Source: an uncultured virus (IMG/VR IMGVR_UViG_3300010399_000007) (lineage: Duplodnaviria > Heunggongvirae > Uroviricota > Caudoviricetes). From it: a stretch of 64,000 bases of DNA. The position numbers and the translations under genes are program-made. Where the stretch lies: the IMG/VR virus record IMGVR_UViG_3300010399_000007. The stretch is one strand, 5' to 3'. Shown here piece by piece: positions 56,183 to 64,000 of this stretch (position 1 is the stretch's first letter; every line of letters begins with the position of its first letter). Below the pieces are notes generated by a model. That model was not told the DNA's origin. It worked only from the letters and a program-made list of their open reading frames with translations, and searched no databases.

Positions 56183-57575
56183 CCTCTACAAGTATCAACA
56201 GCGCGCGGTGAGCTTCATCAAAGAGCATCCGCAGTGCGCGTTGTGGGTGGACATGGGATTGGGCAAGACGGTGTCCACGCTCACCGCTTTCGGCGATCTG
56301 TACCGCGGCTTTGACGCTCGTCGCATGCTCGTAGTGGCGCCGCTACGCGTTGCGCGCAACGTGTGGTCAGACGAGATCGACGAATGGAGCCATCTACAGG
56401 GACTGAGTATCGCGCGCATTGTCGGCACGCCAGAGCAACGGTTAAAGGCGCTACGCACACCGGCGGACATCCATACCATCAACCGTGAGCAGATGACATG
56501 GCTGGCCGCGCAGTTTGTGAAAGGCGGCAAGCAGCTACGTCGATGGCCGTGGGATGTCACCACATTCGACGAAAGCCAGTCGTTCAAGAACAGCGACAGT
56601 GAGCGCTTCCGCGCTGCGCGCCTGCTGCGCAAACTAATGGACCGTGTCATCCATCTCACTGGGACGCCCAGCCCGAATGGTGTGCATGACCTTTGGGCGC
56701 AGTTCTACCTGCTCGATCAGGGGCAGCGCCTCGGCACGCATATAACGCCCTTCCGCGACCGCTGGTTTTCCAGCGAGCGTAACGAAGATGGTTACACTAA
56801 GTGGTGGCCGAACGCGAGCGCGCAGAAGGAGATTCAACGTCTCGTCGCCGATATCACACTGAGTCTAAAGGCGGAAGACTACCTCGAACTTCCGCCAGTG
56901 AAGTTCAACCCGATAGTAGTGTCCATGGACACGGCCACGCTGTCGCGCTACCGCAAAATGGAACGACAGAAGATTTTCGAGCTGCAGGCGCACAAGTACA
57001 TCACCGCTTCCAACGCGGGCGCCCTTGGTACGAAGCTCTTGCAGCTCGCTAACGGCGCGGTGTACGACGCTGAGGGTGCGTGGCACGACGTCCACAACGA
57101 GAAGATAGACGCGCTGCTTGAGCTGCTAGACCTAACAGAAGGCAAGGCGCTCATCGGCTATGGCTTCAAGCATGACATCGCGCGAGTCGGCCGTGCGCTC
57201 GACGTCTTCTGCAAGAAGCACCATCGCAAGTGGACTGTTTTGCGCACAGACGCCAGCTTCAAAGCCTGGGCGCTCGGCGAGTATGACTACGGTGTGTTGC
57301 ATCCCGCGAGCGCAGGGCACGGCCTCAACGATGTCTACAAAGCTGGCGTCGAAACGCTCATCTGGTTTGGGTTGACGAACAACCTAGAGTACTGGCAGCA
57401 GCTTAACGCGCGCTTAACTGGCGGGCACAGACGCGCCGGGCGTAACATCGTTGTTCATGTGCTCGTGTGCCACAGCACTGTAGACGAAAAGCTGGTGGCG
57501 CTGATCGATCGCAAAGGCGCGAGTCAAGATGATCTGACTCGTGCAGTGGCTGACTATGTGGAGGACGTCATATGA
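56166..57575 (+). CDS. SNF2-family helicase
   Basis: YQ, DMGLGKT, DES..FKN, LTGTP.PN, HPASAGHGLN, Q.NAR. Confidence 0.92.
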   Translation: MLGRDNLYKYQQRAVSFIKEHPQCALWVDMGLGKTVSTLTAFGDLYRGFDARRMLVVAPLRVARNVWSDEIDEWSHLQGLSIARIVGTPEQRLKALRTPADIHTINREQMTWLAAQFVKGGKQLRRWPWDVTTFDESQSFKNSDSERFRAARLLRKLMDRVIHLTGTPSPNGVHDLWAQFYLLDQGQRLGTHITPFRDRWFSSERNEDGYTKWWPNASAQKEIQRLVADITLSLKAEDYLELPPVKFNPIVVSMDTATLSRYRKMERQKIFELQAHKYITASNAGALGTKLLQLANGAVYDAEGAWHDVHNEKIDALLELLDLTEGKALIGYGFKHDIARVGRALDVFCKKHHRKWTVLRTDASFKAWALGEYDYGVLHPASAGHGLNDVYKAGVETLIWFGLTNNLEYWQQLNARLTGGHRRAGRNIVVHVLVCHSTVDEKLVALIDRKGASQDDLTRAVADYVEDVI

Positions 57576-57644
57576 GTATAGAGAAAGATCCGATGTACAT
57601 CGGCTTGCGTAACTTCCGCGAAGGAGACAGGATAAAAGCAGACC

Positions 57645-58142
57645 TTAGCGGCTACCCGCTAGCGAAACTCGGCGCTTTGGCGCCGAGAGCCCGGCTCGCA
57701 TGGTGGCAATCGGCAGTGACGAATACGGATCAAGAAGACACGCAATCCGCACCGCCTCCCGAGCCGAGCGACCACAGTGCATAGCCGCGAGCGCAGCCTT
57801 ATAACCACTGCCAACTGCAGTGAACGGGTCTTGAACCTCTACGAGTCTGCAAAGGTGGTTGGCGTGGAAGAGCTTGCCGCGATCATGAACAAGTACGGCA
57901 AAGTCTTCTTCCGTGTCGAGATCAGCGAGGATCTCAGGCACTGGCTTGCTAGACCCGTACCAGTCGACGAATATCATACCAGCGTAAGTTCCCCCGGCCG
58001 TGGCGATCACCACATCGCGTTTTCCGATTCGCTTTCGAAATAGCTTCTGGCAGGTGCGAATGACCGTGCCGCCTGCCTCACTCTCCCAAGTCTCGCGGCT
58101 GTCAGCCGCGAAGACTCCGTCGCGATACGCGATGCTGGTCAT
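57645..58142 (-). CDS. Ntn-hydrolase (HslV/proteasome beta-like) peptidase
   Basis: N-terminal nucleophile MT(S)IA, AADSR, AVGSG..AA.AAM..G.SA.EAV..A...DPY. Confidence 0.75.
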   Translation of the reverse strand: MTSIAYRDGVFAADSRETWESEAGGTVIRTCQKLFRKRIGKRDVVIATAGGTYAGMIFVDWYGSSKPVPEILADLDTEEDFAVLVHDRGKLFHANHLCRLVEVQDPFTAVGSGYKAALAAMHCGRSAREAVRIACLLDPYSSLPIATMRAGLSAPKRRVSLAGSR

Positions 58143-58334
58143 TCACATACGTCCGGCTTTCCAAACCTTGTAGAACTTGAACGCCACCCATGCGGCAGCC
58201 ATGAAGCCCGAGAGAATCGCTGCAATAGCAGCGAGTCCTTGCAGCACGGGCATAGCATCTGCGAACCAAGACACCAAAGCAGAGCTGCCACTGACGACGG
58301 CGAGTGATTCAGCGGTGTGTTGCGGAGTGGTCAC
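58143..58334 (-). CDS. Small membrane protein (holin-like/lysis accessory)
   Basis: Hydrophobic 63 aa with basic C-terminus in the lysis cassette. Confidence 0.55.
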   Translation of the reverse strand: MTTPQHTAESLAVVSGSSALVSWFADAMPVLQGLAAIAAILSGFMAAAWVAFKFYKVWKAGRM

Positions 58335-58732
58335 TTTTTGAGCGCTCCTGCAACAACCGGCGCGATCTTCTCGACGCTACGTCCGATGGTGTAGCCGCCG
58401 ATGCCGAGTTGAATGATGTCCCACAGCTTGACGTATTCAGCTTCGGAGATTCCGGATGCCGTCCAGCCCAGGAACCGTGCCACGATAAGCGCGCCGAACG
58501 TCAGCATCAGCAGAGGACGCCAGCAGCTCGCAAGCCAGTGTGAACTTGCAGCTTCGGTCTTGACGATGTCCGCAGCAGCCAGCGCTTGTTTCGTGTCGGC
58601 CTCTAACTCTGCAAGCTGACCCTGTTGGGTCAGTTCGACGAGTCGCAGCTTCGCAGCGTCCGCTGCAGCTTTGTCCGGCAGCACTCGGTCAATGACCTTG
58701 CCGACGATCGGGAGAAAATCGAGGAACCCCAT
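58331..58732 (-). CDS. Holin (3TM, gene-transfer-agent holin-like)
   Basis: GKVIDRVLPD, EAAS..W....WRP, LGIGGY..GRS.EK; AGGAGG RBS. Confidence 0.8.
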   Translation of the reverse strand: MGFLDFLPIVGKVIDRVLPDKAAADAAKLRLVELTQQGQLAELEADTKQALAAADIVKTEAASSHWLASCWRPLLMLTFGALIVARFLGWTASGISEAEYVKLWDIIQLGIGGYTIGRSVEKIAPVVAGALKK

Positions 58733-58733
58733 G

Positions 58734-59372
58734 TCACACCTCCTTGAGACCGAGAGCCGCGCGAGCGCGTTTCCAATACTTGACGCGGGCATCCAGCCCG
58801 GTCTTTCCGCCGTTGATTCGGCGAGAGATAGCAAAAAAGTCCGCCTGATCGTCATCATCAGGTAGGTCATCCGCCAACGGATTAAGGTCCATCGACGCCC
58901 AAATATAGCCGGCGCTGAGCGACCCGTACTGCTTCGTGCAGAGCATGTCAGGGCAGTCAAGCAGTGGCGCACCGAGCACCGCCGCGAGACGTCGGTACCA
59001 GTCCTTGCCCGTGGCCATGATGAGTCCGCGACCGCGGAACTTCCAGCCCTCGCCGCTCGACTCGTCACCGTTGCCCATACGGTTCGCGTAGATGAAATCG
59101 GCGAGCCCGTGTGAGTTGTTGGCGTACTTCGTCGCGAGCGCATCTGTGGTGAATCGCTTCGGCCAGACAGCTTTGAGGCGATCCGGGGTGTACCGCAAAT
59201 TCTCTTCGAGTCGCGTTGTTTCCAGACTCTCATGCGCGATCTGCGCGAGGAAGGCAGCCTGTCGATCTGGAGTGCTGATCTTGAAACGCGTACACGTATC
59301 AATGAGGCAAAGGCCCCAGCCGACAGGGTCTTTGCAGTTGGGCATCACTGCTCGTACAACGTCTGGTGTCAC
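58734..59372 (-). CDS. Endolysin, glycoside hydrolase family 19
   Basis: AAFLAQIAHES, EENL.Y, YANRMGNG...SG.GWKFRGRG.I..TGK, RRINGG..GL..R. Confidence 0.93.
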   Translation of the reverse strand: MTPDVVRAVMPNCKDPVGWGLCLIDTCTRFKISTPDRQAAFLAQIAHESLETTRLEENLRYTPDRLKAVWPKRFTTDALATKYANNSHGLADFIYANRMGNGDESSGEGWKFRGRGLIMATGKDWYRRLAAVLGAPLLDCPDMLCTKQYGSLSAGYIWASMDLNPLADDLPDDDDQADFFAISRRINGGKTGLDARVKYWKRARAALGLKEV

Positions 59373-62300
59373 TCCTGCGCCTCCCTTTGCGAGTCAAACT
59401 TCCGGTAAAGGTACCGCAAGCCGGGCTCGACGTGGAGTCCATTTACAGCCTCGGCGCTGTACTTTGCTTTTGCCTTTGCGCTCGACACAAGATCGTTCGC
59501 TTTTATCGCTACGCCAGGATTTTTACGGTTAAATTGCAGAATTTCCTGCATTGTGTCCTTGACACCTTGCGGATCATCGTTATGCGCGGCGAGGTACAAC
59601 TTGCTTTTCAGGAACGCTTTACGCGTCATGATCTGCTGACTGTACGCACTGACAGTGCGATTCTTCTCATTCTGCAGAGCCACGTCGTACGGTGTGAAGC
59701 CTATACCTTGCAAGAACACATCGTACTTGCTGATCTGATCAGCAGGCTTGACGACATCACCGCGAACATTGGTCACACCGTCGCGCGCGTAGCGGATCGC
59801 TTTCAATACGTCAGCGAATGCTTTCGGCGTGAGCTTCTCCAAACCGCGCTGACCGAACCCGTCGGGGCCGGGTTGCGCAGCATCGAACGCTCGCGTTACA
59901 AGCCCGCCAAGCGGGCCGGCAGCCTGACCGATATAGAAGTTTGCAAGCTCCTTACCTTCCATGCCTGTCGGCGGCTCCTGCACCCAAAGGTTGTTGAGCC
60001 CCACACGGCTGTTCAGCGCCATGCCGCCATAAGCGCTGACCGGACCGTCGAGCACTGCACTTGCCGTGCTTTCGCCTGCGTGCTCAGTCATCCATGCACG
60101 CATCTCAGCTTCGGCGTCGTACGGTTTGTCTTCATCGCCGAAGATAGTGTTGATGATTCCCGTAGCGGCCCACCAGAGTGGCATGCCCGAGGCACCCGCG
60201 AATAGCATTGTTTGCCCGAGGATGCCGACAAACCGGCGACGAGCTTCCTTGCGTACATCAGGAGTCGCGCCGCGCAAGCTGTTGTTGAAGTCTCGCGCAA
60301 GGCGGTAAGTCATGTTGGCAGAGTACTGACGGAACAAGAGCAGAACTTTGGCCGTGTCGCTCTGCAAGTAGCGAGCACGATTCGTATTCGAGTAGTCGAA
60401 GTGCGAATCCCACACGATGTCTTCGGCCTGATCGATTGCAGCTTCGTGGCTCAGGTTCTTGCGGCGTCCAAGTCGGTAAGCGGCCAGGAATGTGCTCTGT
60501 CGGTTTCCTTCTTCCATTTGGTGGAACATCCACGAGACGGCATTCATAGCTTTGTTACGCGCGCTGCCGTAGTCCATGCCTTCCTCGCCAATCTGCGCAA
60601 GATCATGAGCCATCGTCTTGTCAAAGAGCCCGATGCGTTTTGCCTCGTCGAATGCAAGACGTTCGTCACCGCGCAGGCGATTCGCGAGCTGCCCGCGACT
60701 ACCGGCCCACTGCATGCTCGCGCGAGTCAATTCAATTCCTGCCCCGGTCCAGTTGAACTTGGCGGCTAGGGTTGGAAACGCCACCATGGGATTCTGCGTA
60801 AGGTTCACGAGCGCCGCCGCCGGAGACGCGCCTAGGTAGTACGTGAATCCAAGCGATGTGAGCGCTGTGGCAATGCCGGATGCCTTGGGATTGCGCATCC
60901 ACTCGTGCCGCTTGTCGAACTCCTTCGACACCGCAGCAGCCCACTTCTCCTCCGGAGTACGGCTCAGCCCCACTGCCTCAACCTTCATCTGCTCCAGATG
61001 GCGTTCGAGCGTGTGCATGTGCTCCAGCTTCGCGATCTGATGCGCACCGTGGAACTTCTGGTATCCAAAGTTTCGGAGTGCATCCATCGTGAAGCCGAGA
61101 CGCCCCTTGCGATGGATGAAGTGCTTGCGCATGCTCATCTCCGGCATCGCGCGCAAGTAGTTCTGCCACACCTCGTCTGCCAGCTCCGGATCCACCTGCT
61201 GCAGTAGGTCCGTGATCTTAGCGACGAAATTCGGATCGATGCGCCGAGCCATCTCACGATCTTGCATCTGCACGCCGCCATCAACTTTGTATCCCGCCTT
61301 CTCCATCTCGGCCAGCCATTGCCGTTGCTCGCTAGGCTTTTCGAATCGCGTAAACGACACGACTGTACCGTCAGCATCCTTTGCCACTGCCCAGTGCTTG
61401 CCGTAACGGCCAAGCGGGAAGTAAGGCCCCTCCACACGACCGGCTTCGAACTTCTTACGCAACTCTGCCAGCAACGATTGCTTCGTCTTGCCGTCAGCGT
61501 CTGTGGCCTCAATGCGTGACTGCAGCCCTTGCATGACGAGATCGCGGTCTGCGGCGTAGCTGTCGCGTACGTCGATGTAGAGCGCCTTAGCTTCGCCCGG
61601 TAATGCGTTCCAGAACTTCTTCAGCGCCAGCCATTGCTGCTTGCGTTGTCGCTCGATCGCATGCTGTTCTGGGGTGTCCGGCGACGAATACTTCGGACGG
61701 TATTCATTTGCAGGCTCAACGCCTGCAAGCGTGGCGGCGTGCATCAACTCGCCGAGCGTGCGCGCATCATCGCGATTGCTGCGAATGAACTTGACCCACC
61801 GGTTTGCAACCTTGTCGGCTTTCACGAGCAGTTCATTGCGGCGACCGTCCATGCGCGCCGCCTCTCGCACGTACGCGCTCGCGGAGTTCATCTTGCCCGG
61901 CGCCACAAAGTCCGGAAGATTACGCCGCGGAATCGCCCCGAGGAGAGCTTCGATGTGGTTCTCGCCAAAGTCGCGGATGGCATCGAGCCGTGAGCGTACA
62001 AAGCCGGGATTGTAGTTGGCTTGTTCTTCCACAGTGGCGCCTTGCTTCAAGAAGACGTTGAGCGGATGCCCGTCCGGCAGCCGCTCTGCCTGCTTTTCGT
62101 AGCCTTTCTCGGCGAAGCGCAAATGACCATACCGATCCGTCGCATGGGGGCTGCGGTCACGCAGCGCGGTGCGCGCTTTGCGCAGAAGCGCACTGACGTC
62201 GGCGTCGGTCCAGGCACGCACAGCGCCAATCCGACGAAGCGCGGCACGCACTGCATCCACAACCTTTCGGAAGATGGAGGGATCAGACATTCTCTCGGCG

Positions 62301-64000
62301 ATGCTTGCCGCGTACTCCTCGGCGGCGACGATGCGGTCTTCCGGATTGCTGTCTTTGAGCCCGTGTTGCTCCATGAAGTCTTTGATCCACGCTTTGTCCT
62401 TTGCGTTGGTGTGGATGTCGTCCATCGTCTTCGCGAAGTCTTTGGTGAGGAGATGGCGCAGACCTTTGTGCGCGACACCTTCATGCACAGCGGTGCGCAG
62501 TGCGTCTTCTGGCGAATCGTGATTGTCACTGAAGATGTAGACAGTGTCGGTCTCCGGATCGTACACACCGCGCGCATCCTGCTGTTCGAGGTGTTCAATC
62601 TCGGCGCGCACTGACGCGGAGGCCTCAGTGTGGTTGCGTAGCACTTGCGCCTTCATCTCAGGCATCGCACGGTTCAGCGGCTCGATAGCACGAACAACCT
62701 CGCCGTGCTTCACTTCAGCGCGGTTGATCTCGTCGGTGCTGCGGCCCACTGGCGGCGCGCCAGTGCCTTCACGAGTTCGAAGTTTCTTTTGTCGCCCTTC
62801 AGCCCACAGCTTTCCTAGCGGTGTTTGAGTAGTGCCGTGGTGCATCTCTGGGTAGTCTTGTTTCGCAGCCTCAAACAGTGCAGATGCAATCCCTTTGCGC
62901 CTGTGCGCTTCGTCAACATGCACCCAGGCCGGAATTTCACCTTCTGTTGCGAAGTCGCCAATTCGTTTGCCGGTGCTGTCAAGGGCTTCATACTCACCTT
63001 CAGCGAATCTACGGATTTTATATCCGGCAGGAGCGCGGTACTTTTTCGGATGCACTTCGAATACGGGACGTGTGTCCGTGCTGTGCAGATATCCGTCAGC
63101 CGTTACTTCGACATCGTTTTTCCGAACGTCGTAGCCTCTGCGCTCAAGCGCTTTGTACATGCGCGCAGCTTCAGGCGATACAACAGTGTCGCTGACTAAC
63201 GGCTTGCCTTCTTCATGGGCGCGCTGCGCAAGTTGGTCGTACATGCGTACGCCGTGGCCTTTGCCGCGCAGCGATTCATTTATCTCTGCACTGGTGACTT
63301 GAACAACATCACCGCGTCGTCGAGCGCTGACCTCGCCCGCTCGCATGCCCGCGGCGCCTTCAAGTTGCATTTTTCTGTTGGCGCCTTCTTCTTTGTATGT
63401 GACGTCGCCTTCACGGAAGCGCAGCTTCTGCCCGCGGCGTTGTGCGAGGTTCTTCACCTCCGTCTCGGTCGACGGCTGCGCGATCTCGTTGGGCTTGAGC
63501 GGACGCGTGGTGTCACCTTCCTTCAGCCACGTTTTGAATTCGTCAACGCTCATCTCGGAGATCGGGCCGACCTTCCAGTCTGACTGGTAGTTGCGCTTGT
63601 ATGCGCGCACGGCATCGAGCCGGTTTCGGTAGCCGATGAGCGCCTTGTGCTCATCGAAGCCGCCGTCCGGACGGAGCTGATCGACCACGAACACGCGGTC
63701 GCTCTTGGGATGCTCGCCGACGAATGCGTCGACATGGTCTCCGTCGGCGCCTTCGGTGCCGCGCACGTAACCGTAGTGGTCGCGCATCTGGCGCTCGCCG
63801 CCAGTGTACTTGCGCACGGAACCTTTCGGGTTCTCGATCGACACGTCGAGACCTTGAATCTGTACGTGGCCTTTCTTGTAGTTGCCGGCCTCGCGCTGCG
63901 CCTCTGTGGGTTCAGTGAGCCGGTTGCGCGGCGAGGTCGCAGCCTCGTGTGCGGCAGCGCTGATCTCTTCGTAGCTCGGGGTGCGTTTCTCGACGATCGG
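59369..64000 (-). CDS. Giant polyvalent virion protein: InPase, two GNATs, zincin metallopeptidase, PLxRFG domain (5'-partial)
   Basis: Frame stays open from 63844 to the window end (..PTEAQREAGNYKKGHV..). YGYVRGT.GADGDHVD...FDEHK (InPase); LRGKGHG and HRRKGIASAL (GNAT motif A); HEGVAH...EEYA; YFPLGRYG. Confidence 0.85.
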   Translation of the reverse strand, partial: PIVEKRTPSYEEISAAAHEAATSPRNRLTEPTEAQREAGNYKKGHVQIQGLDVSIENPKGSVRKYTGGERQMRDHYGYVRGTEGADGDHVDAFVGEHPKSDRVFVVDQLRPDGGFDEHKALIGYRNRLDAVRAYKRNYQSDWKVGPISEMSVDEFKTWLKEGDTTRPLKPNEIAQPSTETEVKNLAQRRGQKLRFREGDVTYKEEGANRKMQLEGAAGMRAGEVSARRRGDVVQVTSAEINESLRGKGHGVRMYDQLAQRAHEEGKPLVSDTVVSPEAARMYKALERRGYDVRKNDVEVTADGYLHSTDTRPVFEVHPKKYRAPAGYKIRRFAEGEYEALDSTGKRIGDFATEGEIPAWVHVDEAHRRKGIASALFEAAKQDYPEMHHGTTQTPLGKLWAEGRQKKLRTREGTGAPPVGRSTDEINRAEVKHGEVVRAIEPLNRAMPEMKAQVLRNHTEASASVRAEIEHLEQQDARGVYDPETDTVYIFSDNHDSPEDALRTAVHEGVAHKGLRHLLTKDFAKTMDDIHTNAKDKAWIKDFMEQHGLKDSNPEDRIVAAEEYAASIAERMSDPSIFRKVVDAVRAALRRIGAVRAWTDADVSALLRKARTALRDRSPHATDRYGHLRFAEKGYEKQAERLPDGHPLNVFLKQGATVEEQANYNPGFVRSRLDAIRDFGENHIEALLGAIPRRNLPDFVAPGKMNSASAYVREAARMDGRRNELLVKADKVANRWVKFIRSNRDDARTLGELMHAATLAGVEPANEYRPKYSSPDTPEQHAIERQRKQQWLALKKFWNALPGEAKALYIDVRDSYAADRDLVMQGLQSRIEATDADGKTKQSLLAELRKKFEAGRVEGPYFPLGRYGKHWAVAKDADGTVVSFTRFEKPSEQRQWLAEMEKAGYKVDGGVQMQDREMARRIDPNFVAKITDLLQQVDPELADEVWQNYLRAMPEMSMRKHFIHRKGRLGFTMDALRNFGYQKFHGAHQIAKLEHMHTLERHLEQMKVEAVGLSRTPEEKWAAAVSKEFDKRHEWMRNPKASGIATALTSLGFTYYLGASPAAALVNLTQNPMVAFPTLAAKFNWTGAGIELTRASMQWAGSRGQLANRLRGDERLAFDEAKRIGLFDKTMAHDLAQIGEEGMDYGSARNKAMNAVSWMFHQMEEGNRQSTFLAAYRLGRRKNLSHEAAIDQAEDIVWDSHFDYSNTNRARYLQSDTAKVLLLFRQYSANMTYRLARDFNNSLRGATPDVRKEARRRFVGILGQTMLFAGASGMPLWWAATGIINTIFGDEDKPYDAEAEMRAWMTEHAGESTASAVLDGPVSAYGGMALNSRVGLNNLWVQEPPTGMEGKELANFYIGQAAGPLGGLVTRAFDAAQPGPDGFGQRGLEKLTPKAFADVLKAIRYARDGVTNVRGDVVKPADQISKYDVFLQGIGFTPYDVALQNEKNRTVSAYSQQIMTRKAFLKSKLYLAAHNDDPQGVKDTMQEILQFNRKNPGVAIKANDLVSSAKAKAKYSAEAVNGLHVEPGLRYLYRKFDSQREAQE

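Noticed and set aside
58733..59302. 190-codon N-terminal extension of the holin ORF
   Set aside because: Overlaps the endolysin in another frame; the holin has its own AGGAGG and ATG at 58732.

Overview
The window covers most of a ~62% GC (by eye) tailed-phage genome, probably a podovirus infecting a Gram-negative (Proteobacterial) host. It looks circularly permuted: one giant virion gene appears to leave the left edge and re-enter at the right edge. Minus strand, 26.9 kb to 1: TerS, TerL, portal, a 7-gene glycosyltransferase/methyltransferase island, scaffold, major capsid, adaptor, nozzle, a 9-repeat tail fibre and ejection proteins. Plus strand, 27.5-57.8 kb: many small early ORFs, a sigma54-type promoter, a 130-bp palindrome, a secreted/membrane block, ligase, primase-helicase, Cas4-like nuclease, SSB, PolA, VRR-NUC and SNF2 helicase. 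Minus strand, 64-57.6 kb: a polyvalent protein (InPase, 2x GNAT, metallopeptidase, PLxRFG), GH19 endolysin, holins and an Ntn hydrolase. I recognised no integrase, RNA polymerase, tRNA or CRISPR array. The most unusual signal is that several small accessory ORFs carry short in-frame copies of the most conserved motifs of the phage's own capsid, DNA polymerase, terminase and tail fibre. These are conserved at protein level with divergent codons, and are a candidate motif-decoy (PAMP-mimic) system. The second is the late-expressed glycosylation island. All family names come from motif recognition by eye, not from database searches.
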